Origin: Nostocales cyanobacterium LEGE 11386
GTDB lineage: Bacteria > Cyanobacteriota > Cyanobacteriia > Cyanobacteriales > Nostocaceae
NCBI GenBank assembly: GCA_015207155.1
Contig: JADEXK010000054.1
Location: forward strand, 10,527-42,526
Length of the DNA: 32,000 bases
Direction: 5' to 3'
The first letter of the stretch is position 1, and each line of letters starts with the position of its first letter. The notes beneath the pieces are model-generated. The model had not been told where the DNA came from. It worked only from the letters and a program-made list of their open reading frames with translations, and did no database searches. The translations under genes and the position numbers were made by a program. Of the stretch, positions 9,337 to 18,189 are shown in pieces.

Positions 9337-10053
9337 TTACTCAATTTCTACTCTCTTTCTGGCAGTTTGCAGTGCAGGAGGAATCGGTGTTCCCATTGCT
9401 TCTGCTAATTCTGGAGGTGGTTGTTGTAGAGAAGGCAATCTCAAATATTTACCTGTGAGAATTTGAGGCCCCACCTTCATATTATGGGTGGTACTGTAGA
9501 AGCGATGAGTTTGCTTAAATTTATCTCGTTCTTGAATTGATTCATCAGCTATTTTTTTGCGAAGTTTGATGATGGCATCAATGATCGCTTCTGGACGGGG
9601 AGGGCAACCAGGTATATAAACATCTATGGGTAAAAGTTTATCAGCACCTCGCACAGCAGTCGGAGAATCCATGCTGAACATACCTCCAGTAATCATACAA
9701 GCTCCCATGGCTATTACATACTTTGGTTCAGGCATTTGCTCATAAAGCCGCATCGTTGGTTGAGACATTTTCACATTCAAAGTTCCTGCCAAAATAATTA
9801 AATCAGCTTGACGTGGGCTAGCACGAGGAAGTAGACCAAATCTGTCAAAATCAAATCGTGAGCCAATTAAGGCAGCAAATTCAATAAAGCAGCAAGCAGT
9901 TCCATACAACAGTGGATATAAACTGGAGAGTCTAGCCCAGTTATAGAGGTCATCTAATGTTGTTAAGATGACATTTTCTGATAGCTGGTTAGTTACTTTG
10001 TAACCAATCGGAGCAATTATGCTTTCTTTGTCAAATGAATTATTAGAACTCAT
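9337..10053 (-). CDS. ndhK: NAD(P)H-quinone oxidoreductase subunit K (NuoB-type, N2 [4Fe-4S])
   Basis: [58 protein letters not shown] and [12 protein letters not shown] at 10053 is preferred over the track's TTG at 10065. Confidence 0.9.
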   Translation of the reverse strand: MSSNNSFDKESIIAPIGYKVTNQLSENVILTTLDDLYNWARLSSLYPLLYGTACCFIEFAALIGSRFDFDRFGLLPRASPRQADLIILAGTLNVKMSQPTMRLYEQMPEPKYVIAMGACMITGGMFSMDSPTAVRGADKLLPIDVYIPGCPPRPEAIIDAIIKLRKKIADESIQERDKFKQTHRFYSTTHNMKVGPQILTGKYLRLPSLQQPPPELAEAMGTPIPPALQTARKRVEIE

Positions 10054-10401
10054 GCTTTTATCCAAAAAGAGAATTTTAAGCTAATTTTCTCAAAATATCT
10101 TGTTGATAATCTAAGATTAAAAGTTTGTGGCATTTAATCACTTCCACCAAAAGGAATATGTGTTAACTAATTTAGTTTCAAGAAACCATTCTGTAGGGAA
10201 AAAACAGGAAGAGATTCTCAACCAAGAGTATGAGCTTTGTACCAGAAATTTTTGAAATCAGTTATTAAAATGTGTTTTTTATAACTTATAGATTTAATAT
10301 AAAACCATTCTTTGAGAGGAGGGTTTTTTATCGTTAAAAGATAAAAAATTAATTATGAAAAAATAATGCTTGTTGGCATTTAACGTATTTTATTTAAACT
10401 A

Positions 10402-11148
10402 ATGGAAAGAAATAATTTAAATTACTATGATTTGAATGCAGATAATTGGTGGATCGAAGGTGAAGTTTTAAATTTATCTAATCATCTTAATAAATCTAGA
10501 ATTGAATTTTTTTCAAGTTACATCCCGACATGGCAAGGAGTGGAAGTTTTAGATATTGGTTGTGGAGGTGGATTAGCATGTGAACTTTTAGCCAAGCAAG
10601 GGGCTAATATATCTGGTATTGACCTATCTTTAAATTCGATTAAAGTCGCTCAAGAACATGCTAAAAAGAGCAATTTAAAAATTGATTACTATCAAGGAAT
10701 TGCCGAAAATATGCCTTTTGAGACAAACAAATTTGATATTGTCTTGTGTTGTGATGTTTTGGAGCATGTCACAGACTGGAAACAAGTGATTTCAGAAGCT
10801 TATAGAGTTTTAACAACAAATGGTTTATTTTTCTTCGATACAATCAACAAAACTTTTAAATCCAAACTGATCATGATTTGGCTTTTAGAAGATATTTTAC
10901 AGCAGATACCACGAGGATTTCACGACTGGAATAAGTTCATTAAAGTCCAAGATTTAATATATATTCTGGAAGATACTGGCTTTAAGGATGTCAGAATAAA
11001 AGGATTTGATTTAACAGGCGGTACAAACTTTAAAACATTGACAAAGATGATTTTGAAAGGTCTAAGCAACAAGAATCAAGAATTATTTGAAATTAAAATA
11101 AATGAGGATAGTTCGGTATGGTATATTGGCAAAACGGTGAAGCTTTAG
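10402..11148 (+). CDS. Class I SAM-dependent methyltransferase, UbiG/Methyltransf_11-like
   Basis: Motif I VLDIGCGGG, plus post-I and motif II/III spacing (DIVLCCDVLEHV). The gene and its flanks are visibly AT-rich. Confidence 0.7.
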   Translation: MERNNLNYYDLNADNWWIEGEVLNLSNHLNKSRIEFFSSYIPTWQGVEVLDIGCGGGLACELLAKQGANISGIDLSLNSIKVAQEHAKKSNLKIDYYQGIAENMPFETNKFDIVLCCDVLEHVTDWKQVISEAYRVLTTNGLFFFDTINKTFKSKLIMIWLLEDILQQIPRGFHDWNKFIKVQDLIYILEDTGFKDVRIKGFDLTGGTNFKTLTKMILKGLSNKNQELFEIKINEDSSVWYIGKTVKL

Positions 11149-11384
11149 TGCCCAAATCACATATACAGCAAATTTCAAATAAGTAGGGTATACAAGGGCG
11201 GGCAAGATGCCCATCCCACAATAGAGTTTACCGACAAAACAGGTACAGCAGCAGATGGCATCAGGATTTGGTAATGAGTCCGATGATAGATGAAGATGCG
11301 ATCGCCTCAGCTTAATTATGTGGAAAAGATTGGTGATTTTCTGAGTAGCGCCATAGGATCTAACTTCATCATAGAGACATCATC

Positions 11385-12830
11385 ATGGAATTTTTATCTG
11401 ATACCGTTGTACTGTCGCGGATGCAGTTTGCGCTGACAGCTTCTATTCATATGCTTTGGCCTACACTGACAACAGGTGTGGGGATTTATTTAGTCATTAT
11501 TGAAGGACTATGGTTAAAAACCCGCAATCCCCAATATTACTATCATGCTCGTTTTTGGGCTAAACTCTATGCCCTCAACTTCGGTGTGGGTGTAGCAACG
11601 GGCATTCCTATGGAATTTCAGTTTGGCACTAACTGGGCAGCTTTTTCGGAAGCTGTTGGTAACTTTTTTGGCAGTGTTATTGGGTTTGAGGCATCTTGGG
11701 CATTTATGCTAGAAGCCGCGTTTCTGGGGATTATGTTATTTGGTTGGGAGCGTGTTAATCCGGCAATTCACTATCTCTCCACGATTCTGGTGGCAATTGG
11801 TGCTAACTTATCCACGGTTTGGATTTTATCGGCGAGTTCCTGGATGCAATCACCAGCAGGCGGAGAAATGGTAAATGGTAAGTTTGTCGTTCATGATTAT
11901 TTTCAGGCGATCGTCAACCCATTTATGGTGAAAAGTGTTCTCCATATGTTTATGGCAACGCTGGAAACATCATTATTTGTGATAGGTGGAATTAGTGCTT
12001 GGTATATTCTCAAACATCGTCATCCTGATTTCTTTGCTAAGTCTTTCAAGATTGCGCTGGCGGCGGTAATCGCGATCGCTCCCTTACAAATTTATATCGG
12101 ACATTTGAATGCTGAACAAGTTTACCATTATCAACCAGAAAAACTAGCAGCAATGGAAGCCCAATGGAATACAATTCCCGGTGGACAGCCTGCCAATTGG
12201 AGCCTTTTGGCATTACCGAACAACAAAGCCGAGAAAAACGACTGGGAATTGGTCATCCCCAATGCACTGGGATATATTTTGGAATTTAAAGAAAAGTTAT
12301 CTGAGCCGGTACTGGGTTTGAAGGAATGGAAACCGGAGGATCGTCCCCGCCTTGTGGGTTTAATTTACTATTCTTTCCGCATAATGGTTGGTATTGGTTT
12401 TTTATTAGCCGGATTAATGTTTGGCAGCATTATTTATTGGTTACTAGGCAAGCTTTCTCAAGATAATATTACTCAGCAGCATTGGTTGATGCGTGCTTGG
12501 ATGTTTGCAGCTCCATTAGGATTTATTGCGATCGATACAGGTTGGATTGTGCGTTGCGTTGGGCGACAGCCGTGGACACTCTATCGCCAAATTCGCACTG
12601 TAGATTCTGTCTCTCATCTTCCCCCTAGTAATGTTCTTGTATCCCTCACGGGTTTTACAATCAGTTACATGTTGTTACTAGTGGCATACATTTATTTTGG
12701 TAGTCGCATTATTCGTAGAGGGCCAAATTTCGATTTGCCTGTACCTGGCATTGAAGTTGCTAGACCAGCAATTGAAACGACTCCTGGAGAGTTTGTTCCC
12801 AATGAGCGTCCCACAGAAGCGCAACAGTAG
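11385..12830 (+). CDS. cydA: Cytochrome bd-type quinol oxidase subunit I
   Basis: LSRMQFALTASIHMLWP, GIPMEFQFGTNW, GFEASWAFMLEA and GRQPWTLY align with CydA hallmarks, including the haem-ligand His positions. No cydB ORF follows. Confidence 0.88.
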   Translation: MEFLSDTVVLSRMQFALTASIHMLWPTLTTGVGIYLVIIEGLWLKTRNPQYYYHARFWAKLYALNFGVGVATGIPMEFQFGTNWAAFSEAVGNFFGSVIGFEASWAFMLEAAFLGIMLFGWERVNPAIHYLSTILVAIGANLSTVWILSASSWMQSPAGGEMVNGKFVVHDYFQAIVNPFMVKSVLHMFMATLETSLFVIGGISAWYILKHRHPDFFAKSFKIALAAVIAIAPLQIYIGHLNAEQVYHYQPEKLAAMEAQWNTIPGGQPANWSLLALPNNKAEKNDWELVIPNALGYILEFKEKLSEPVLGLKEWKPEDRPRLVGLIYYSFRIMVGIGFLLAGLMFGSIIYWLLGKLSQDNITQQHWLMRAWMFAAPLGFIAIDTGWIVRCVGRQPWTLYRQIRTVDSVSHLPPSNVLVSLTGFTISYMLLLVAYIYFGSRIIRRGPNFDLPVPGIEVARPAIETTPGEFVPNERPTEAQQ

Positions 12831-12973
12831 AAATTGAGTTCGTAGTAAGCGGCTCTAGCCTTTTTTTTGTAAAGCCCTGCGGGCATGGGGCTTTACGTTA
12901 GTCGCTCATGGGGGTTTCCCCCATGACCGCGCTAACTCACTACAAACCTTTAATTATCCTCAAAAATTCTCAC

Positions 12974-13339
12974 ATGGAACGTTTGTTGAAAAGTGGCTTG
13001 GGTTGGCGTATTGGCTGGAACCCCAATGCACTCGAATTTAAAGGGTTAGTAGGTACAGATGATTGGGCAATCGAGTTAACCGAAGCCGAATTGAATGATT
13101 TTTGCCGACTACTGGCACAACTAGCAGATACGATGAAGCAACTCGCCACTGAATTAATGGATGAGGAGAAGATTGCTTGTGAAGCCGAAAGCGATTTATT
13201 ATGGATGGAGGTGGAAGGCTATCCTCACGCCTATAATCTGCGCTTGATGCTGAATACAGGACGCTGTGCAGAAGGTAAATGGAATGCTGCTGCTGTAGAG
13301 GGTTTGCTACATGCGGCGGGGATGCTCAAAGTTTTTTAA
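12974..13339 (+). CDS. Conserved cyanobacterial hypothetical protein (DUF1818-like)
   Basis: MERLLKSGLGWRIGWNPNALEFKGLVG... matches the family from memory. ATG 12974 is preferred because the track start at 12908 runs through an intergenic palindrome (12907-12925). Confidence 0.5.
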   Translation: MERLLKSGLGWRIGWNPNALEFKGLVGTDDWAIELTEAELNDFCRLLAQLADTMKQLATELMDEEKIACEAESDLLWMEVEGYPHAYNLRLMLNTGRCAEGKWNAAAVEGLLHAAGMLKVF

Positions 13340-13348
13340 ATTTAACTC

Positions 13349-13377
13349 TTGATTACCCGATAAATTTGCAGTAGAAT
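13349..13377 (+). promoter_or_regulatory. Sigma70-type promoter for tRNA-Pro
   Basis: TTGATT (13349-13354), a 17-nt spacer, then TAGAAT (13372-13377), 12 nt before the mature tRNA 5' end. Confidence 0.5.
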
Positions 13378-13389
13378 AGAAATTCTGAC

Positions 13390-13463
13390 CGGGGCGTAGC
13401 GCAGCTTGGTAGCGCGCCACTTTGGGGTAGTGGAGGTCGTGGGTTCGAATCCCGCCGCTCCGA
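13390..13463 (+). tRNA. tRNA-Pro, anticodon GGG
   Basis: Cloverleaf folded by hand. The 7-bp acceptor is CGGGGCG/CGCTCCG (one G-U pair). The D arm is GCGC..GCGC. The anticodon stem is CCACT/AGTGG with loop TTGGGGT. The T arm is GTGGG-TTCGAAT-CCCGC, the discriminator is A, and no CCA is encoded. Confidence 0.9.
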
Positions 13464-13479
13464 TTGACAAAAGACCCTA

Positions 13480-13515
13480 CCTGCTAGTCTTTTTTAAAAG
13501 ATTGGCAGGTTTTTT
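13480..13515 (+). terminator. Rho-independent terminator after tRNA-Pro
   Basis: cctgctagtctttt-tt-aaaagattggcagg stem-loop followed by tttttt. Confidence 0.6.
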
Positions 13516-13591
13516 AGTAGAAATTTTCTAGGCGGCAAGCAGAACCCAAAATTTTTGATTTGCTGAGGATGAAAACTGTACACTAAAACTT

Positions 13592-14488
13592 ATGTTTCCT
13601 AATTTTTTACCAGCCGCAGTTGAGCAACTAACGGAACCTACCTCGATCGCCTTGGCTCAAAGTATTCAAAATCAAGCGATCGCTACTCCTTTAACTAATC
13701 AACCAATTACCACAACCTATGTACATCAAGGTAGTGGTGGCACGCCTATTTTATTACTTCACGGCTTCGATGGTTCTGTTTTCGAGTTCCGTCGTTTGTT
13801 GCCACTGCTGGCAGAGGATAATGAAACCTGGGCAGTGGATTTGTTAGGTTTTGGGTTTACAGACAGAATTGCAGGTATACAATTTAGCCCACTTGCTATT
13901 AAAACTCATCTGTATTATTTCTGGAAAACCCTGATTAACCAACCTGTGATTTTGGTGGGTGCTTCGATGGGGGGTGCAGCAGCGATTGATTTCACTCTCA
14001 CTTATCCAGAAGTGGTGCAAAAACTAGTATTAATTGACAGTGCTGGTTTGCAAGGGGGTTCACCGTTAAGCAAATTGATGTTTCCTCCTTTGGATTATTT
14101 AGCAGCTAATTTTTTGCGTAATCCTCAGGTACGCGATCGCATTTCCCGCACTGCTTACAAAAACAAGCTACTGGCATCACTGGATGCTCAAGTATGTGCT
14201 GCTTTACACTTAGAAATGTCTAATTGGCATCAAGCTTTGATTGCTTTTACCAAAAGTGGTGGTTACAGTGCTTTTAGTTTGCAGCAGCTTGCAGATATTG
14301 TGCCATCAACGCTGATTTTGTGGGGCGATAGCGATCAGATTTTGGGTATAGGAGATGCTAAAAAGTTTCAAAGGGCAATTCCCAACAGTCAACTCATTTG
14401 GATTCAAGACTCTGGACATGTCCCACATTTAGAGCAGCCACAAATCAGCGCCCAATACATATTAGAATTTCGTCAAATGTTTTCGTAG
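13592..14488 (+). CDS. Alpha/beta-fold hydrolase
   Basis: HGFDGS oxyanion region, nucleophile elbow GASMGG, and C-terminal DSGHVPHLEQP catalytic His. Confidence 0.8.
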   Translation: MFPNFLPAAVEQLTEPTSIALAQSIQNQAIATPLTNQPITTTYVHQGSGGTPILLLHGFDGSVFEFRRLLPLLAEDNETWAVDLLGFGFTDRIAGIQFSPLAIKTHLYYFWKTLINQPVILVGASMGGAAAIDFTLTYPEVVQKLVLIDSAGLQGGSPLSKLMFPPLDYLAANFLRNPQVRDRISRTAYKNKLLASLDAQVCAALHLEMSNWHQALIAFTKSGGYSAFSLQQLADIVPSTLILWGDSDQILGIGDAKKFQRAIPNSQLIWIQDSGHVPHLEQPQISAQYILEFRQMFS

Positions 14489-14660
14489 TAAAGACTTTAG
14501 TCCTTGATATTTTCAGCACTAAAGTGCTTACTACAAACCCGCAAAACTATTATTCTCTAATCACTACGAATTACGGATTATAGCATCTGCCACATAGCTG
14601 AAGATCATAAAAATCAGACATCAAGCAACTTTCAAGTCTATCCCCTGTTCCCTGCTATAT

Positions 14661-15269
14661 CTAGTCGTATAACCAAGTATTAGCGTTAAAATCATCATTA
14701 TCTTCTATTTGCCGTTCTAGAAGATGTTCAGGGACTCGATGTGATTTTCTATAGCCAACCGGGTTATATTTTTCTTTTACTTGAATCGCGGATTTATTTT
14801 CTTGTTCTTGTTTTTCTTTTACTTGCATTGCGGATTTATGTTCTTGTTCTTGTTTCAAGGAATTATTTTCTTCTATAAGTTTAGAATTAGCTTCTGCCAG
14901 GTGTAGCGCTGCTTTTTTAGCTTCTTGTAGTTCTTTTGTTAGTCGTTCTGCGGTTGCTTGTTTTTCTGACAAAGCTGATTGCAAATTCACAATTTGCTTT
15001 TGCAGATTTTTTTCTTTGTCTTGAGCTTGTTCTAGAGTTTCTTTTAACTCTTTGAGCATGTTTTCTAAATCAGCCTTAGTGGGATTAGTGCGTCTAGCAG
15101 AAGTAGGTTCTGGTGTTTCCGTTGACGAGTCCTCAGTTGCTGAAGCATTTGGTTCGGCAATTTCTTCAGATGCAACTTCAATTACAGAATCACTTTCAGT
15201 TGATGTCAATTTTTGTGCTTCTTCTTGTATTAAGTCAGAAAGACGTTTCTTAACCATTATTTCCTCCAA
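14661..15269 (-). CDS. mcdB: Charged coiled-coil partner protein of the upstream ParA-type ATPase, McdB-like (type 2)
   Basis: Acidic, disordered-looking N-terminus, then a long E/K/Q-rich coiled coil, with Trp four residues from the C-terminus (NANTWLYD). The start overlaps the ATPase gene by 13 nt. It contains a 42-bp tandem repeat (14772-14855). Confidence 0.5.
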   Translation of the reverse strand: MEEIMVKKRLSDLIQEEAQKLTSTESDSVIEVASEEIAEPNASATEDSSTETPEPTSARRTNPTKADLENMLKELKETLEQAQDKEKNLQKQIVNLQSALSEKQATAERLTKELQEAKKAALHLAEANSKLIEENNSLKQEQEHKSAMQVKEKQEQENKSAIQVKEKYNPVGYRKSHRVPEHLLERQIEDNDDFNANTWLYD

Positions 15270-15889
15270 TCACGCTGTAATTCATCAGCCACGCGGCGGT
15301 AGTCTAACTCGGCCTCCCGCGCATTCCTACCTCGCCATTGAGTAATTGCTAAACCCTCCAATGCTGCTCTTTCATGAGCTTTATAGGTACGGATGAAAGC
15401 TTTGCAAGCAGGAATTCCTAGCCGCAGGAGAGTATCTTGTGCTTCTCGTGCTTCGCCCACACACCGCGCATCGACTTTAGTGAGCAGCACCCGATGGGGA
15501 ACTCCCGCAGGAACAACAGCCTTCTTGACTGTCTCAACAAGAACAGCTAAGTCCATAGCAGATGGTGGTGTAGGCAAAACTAGATAATCGGCGATCGCTA
15601 CTACTGTCGCTAATGCTTCAGAGTGCAGCGCCGGAGGCGTATCCACCACTACTAAATCGTAACCTGTTATCTTTCTTAAATCACCTAAAAGTTGAGGATT
15701 GCTTTCTTGGGAGAGATCAAACCCCATACCATCCTGGTTTCGTCCCACCCACCAGCTAGCAGAACCTTGAATATCTGCATCAACGAGAATAACTTTTTTC
15801 TTTTTGCTAAACTGTGCAGCTAGATTGACTGCGGTAGTCGTTTTACCGACTCCTCCCTTACCGTTGAGGATAGCGATGATTTTTGGCAC
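15257..15889 (-). CDS. mcdA: ParA/MinD-family deviant Walker-A ATPase, McdA-like (type 2)
   Basis: [20 protein letters not shown] contains the signature Lys (KGGVGKT), and Walker B is [12 protein letters not shown] start with GGAAG 8 nt upstream. The context is chromosomal and no ParB/HTH partner is present. Confidence 0.55.
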   Translation of the reverse strand: MPKIIAILNGKGGVGKTTTAVNLAAQFSKKKKVILVDADIQGSASWWVGRNQDGMGFDLSQESNPQLLGDLRKITGYDLVVVDTPPALHSEALATVVAIADYLVLPTPPSAMDLAVLVETVKKAVVPAGVPHRVLLTKVDARCVGEAREAQDTLLRLGIPACKAFIRTYKAHERAALEGLAITQWRGRNAREAELDYRRVADELQRDWRK

Positions 15890-15914
15890 TGCTTACTTCC
15901 GACCCTGACTTGAA

Positions 15915-15945
15915 AGTGCTGAGTGCTGAGTACTGAGTGCTGAGT
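15915..15945. repeat. AGTGCTG heptamer array (reverse complement of the CAGCACT/ACTCAGC family), about 4.4 copies
   Basis: Read directly, in the divergent mcdA / P450 intergenic region. Confidence 0.85.
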
Positions 15946-16105
15946 AAAAATTCCAGTCTCTAGCTTCTAGTCTCTCTTTCATACTTGGCTGTGAAACTCG
16001 TTTCATCGGAACTGCCTTAAATGAATATACCGCTTTATGTGACACCCAAGAACATAAAAACCCGTAAAAATAAAAATTAGAAGCCGTCACTTCTAAAAAA
16101 CTCCT

Positions 16106-17482
16106 ATGACAGTAACTTACAATCTGCCTAATGGGCCAAGACTACCGCGCTATCTGCGGTTGATCAAATTTATCACTCAGCCAGTGAAATATGTAGAAGA
16201 TTTTGCCAAAGTTTATGGTGATACATTTACGATTTGGAATCGAGGGGATAAGCACATTGTATATTTCAGTCAACCCCAAGCACTAGAGCAGATTTTTACC
16301 AATGCTAGCTATTTTCAATCTGGTGGAGGAACCGGAATTTTAGGATTTTTGCTTGGTGATAATTCTGTAATTTTACTAGATGGCGATCGCCACCAGCGCC
16401 AACGGCAATTATTAACGCCGCCTTTTCATGGCGAAAGAATGCGAGCCTACGGTGAAACTATCCAAGAAATTACCCAACAAGTTAGCAACGAATGGACTAT
16501 TGGTCAGCCTTTTAATATCCGCGCCTCCATGCAAGAAATTACCTTGCGGGTGATATTACGGGTAGTGTTTGGTGTAGATGAGGGGCCGCTTTTTCAAGAA
16601 CTGCGGCGATTACTCACTTCCGTATTGGATTTCATGGGTTCTTCCTTGATGTCCAGCGCTTTCTTTTTTAGTTTTCTGCAAAAAGATTTAGGTGCGTGGA
16701 GTCCTTGGGGACGGGTTTTGCGCCTGATTCAACAAATTGATCAACTTATTTATACTCTGATTCAAGAACGTCGGGCTGAACCTGGGGAAAGTCGCCAAGA
16801 TATCCTCAGTTTATTAATATCCGCTCGTTATGACGACGGACAGGCAATGTCAGACGTGGAGTTACGTGATGAATTAATGACAATGTTAGTTGCAGGACAT
16901 GAAACCACAGCTTCTGCATTAACCTGGGCTTTTTACTGGATAGATCAATTACCAGAGGTACGAGAAAAGTTACAACGAGAACTAGAAACCCTTGGTGCAA
17001 ATCCAGAACCGAGTAGCATTGCCAAATTGCCTTATTTGACAGCAGTTTGCCAAGAAACCTTGCGAATCTACCCAATTGTGGCGAATGGTTTTATCCGAGT
17101 TGTCAAAACTCCAATAGAAATTATGGGTTACAAATTGCCAGTAGGAACAGCCATAGTTCCCAGCATATATTTAGCCCATCATCGAGAAGAAGTTTATCCA
17201 CAATCCAAGCAATTTAAACCAGAACGCTTTTTAGAAAGGCAATTTTCCCCTTATGAATATATCCCCTTTGGCGGAGGAAATCGCCGTTGTATTGGCTTGG
17301 CATTTGCTCAGTACGAAATGAAAATTGCTTTAGCGACGATTTTGGCAGAATTTCAATTATCCATGGTTAACAAGCGTCCTTTGTATCCTGTGCGTCGTGG
17401 GTTAACCTTAGCCGCACCATCAGGGTTACAAATGATACCCACAGTCCAAGCGACAACGGCAAATATACCAGTCAAAGTTTAA
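16106..17482 (+). CDS. Cytochrome P450 (cyanobacterial CYP110-like)
   Basis: I-helix AGHETT, K-helix ETLR, and haem-binding loop FGGGNRRCIGLAFA. Confidence 0.88.
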   Translation: MTVTYNLPNGPRLPRYLRLIKFITQPVKYVEDFAKVYGDTFTIWNRGDKHIVYFSQPQALEQIFTNASYFQSGGGTGILGFLLGDNSVILLDGDRHQRQRQLLTPPFHGERMRAYGETIQEITQQVSNEWTIGQPFNIRASMQEITLRVILRVVFGVDEGPLFQELRRLLTSVLDFMGSSLMSSAFFFSFLQKDLGAWSPWGRVLRLIQQIDQLIYTLIQERRAEPGESRQDILSLLISARYDDGQAMSDVELRDELMTMLVAGHETTASALTWAFYWIDQLPEVREKLQRELETLGANPEPSSIAKLPYLTAVCQETLRIYPIVANGFIRVVKTPIEIMGYKLPVGTAIVPSIYLAHHREEVYPQSKQFKPERFLERQFSPYEYIPFGGGNRRCIGLAFAQYEMKIALATILAEFQLSMVNKRPLYPVRRGLTLAAPSGLQMIPTVQATTANIPVKV

Positions 17483-17508
17483 TTGGCAGTAGGGAGTAAG
17501 AAAACTCT

Positions 17509-17568
17509 TACTCTCTGCGCCTCTGCGTGAGATACATTCATTAAATTGAAAACTCACAGGCGATCGCC
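17509..17568 (+). repeat. Dispersed repeat, full copy: (CTCTGCG)n-TGAGATACATTCATTAAATTGAAAACTCACAGGCGATCGCC
   Basis: Related copies occur at 18275-18300, 18394-18440 and 19032-19065, and in inverted form at 23076-23132. Confidence 0.8.
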
Positions 17569-17587
17569 TCACTAAATAACCGTAAAA

Positions 17588-17950
17588 TTAGATAGGCAAT
17601 TGTCTCACACGAAAGGTTTCATTACTGACAGAAATAATTGCACCTATTTCTAAATCTTCCTGGCATTCTCTCAAAACTTCTGTCAACCGTTTATTAATCG
17701 CATTGTAATTTTGATTACCCAACCTAAACAAAATAACGCTAGGTAAACTATCTCCACTAACAGCTAATAGTTGAGCAAAGTCTAAATCTACAGTTAATAA
17801 AATTCTATCTTCTATACGGGCTTTAATTAAAATTTGATTATCTGGTAATTTTTGCAATCCTTGATCACGTAAATGAACTACATCATAACCATCACTACGC
17901 AACCAAGATAAAGTTCGTAATGAAATTCCCATATCTGCCAAAAACTTCAT
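17588..17950 (-). CDS. DUF5615-family PIN-like putative toxin
   Basis: MKFLADMGISLRTLSWLRSDGYDVVHLRD...LLTVDLDF follows a DUF433 gene, which is a known pairing. The alternative TTG start at 17962 forms a TTGA overlap with the upstream stop. Confidence 0.6.
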   Translation of the reverse strand: MKFLADMGISLRTLSWLRSDGYDVVHLRDQGLQKLPDNQILIKARIEDRILLTVDLDFAQLLAVSGDSLPSVILFRLGNQNYNAINKRLTEVLRECQEDLEIGAIISVSNETFRVRQLPI

Positions 17951-17958
17951 GTTACTTA

Positions 17959-18189
17959 TCAAGCAATTTTAAAGGGATAAACCCGTTCTTGAGTCAACCA
18001 CGCTGCATAAAGTAAAGATTGACGAATATCTTCTTGTTCTAAATCAGGATATTCTTCTAAAATTTCCTCTACAGGTTTTCCGTTAGCGACTAAATTCACC
18101 ACTAAAGAAACCGGAATTCGCATTCCCCGAATGCAAGCTTGTCCTCCCATAATGCCAGGATCAAACGTAATATTATCTAGACCCAACAT
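17959..18189 (-). CDS. DUF433-family putative antitoxin
   Basis: DPGIMGGQACIRGMRIPVSLVVNLVANG...ILEEYPDLEQEDIRQSLLYAAW matches the DUF433 signature. Confidence 0.7.
   Translation of the reverse strand: MLGLDNITFDPGIMGGQACIRGMRIPVSLVVNLVANGKPVEEILEEYPDLEQEDIRQSLLYAAWLTQERVYPFKIA

Noticed and set aside
11195-11225. The hairpin GGGCGGGCA-AGA-TGCCCATCCC upstream of cydA, considered as a specific regulatory site.
   Set aside because: It looks like a member of a common small hairpin repeat class in Nostoc-type genomes, and nothing ties it specifically to cydA regulation.
15893-16090. A 65-aa minus-strand ORF between mcdA and the P450 gene.
   Set aside because: It is built largely from the heptamer array (translating to ALSTQHSALSSQ), with no start context. 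It is a repeat-generated artefact, and the same peptide pattern appears in the spurious ORF at 511-717.
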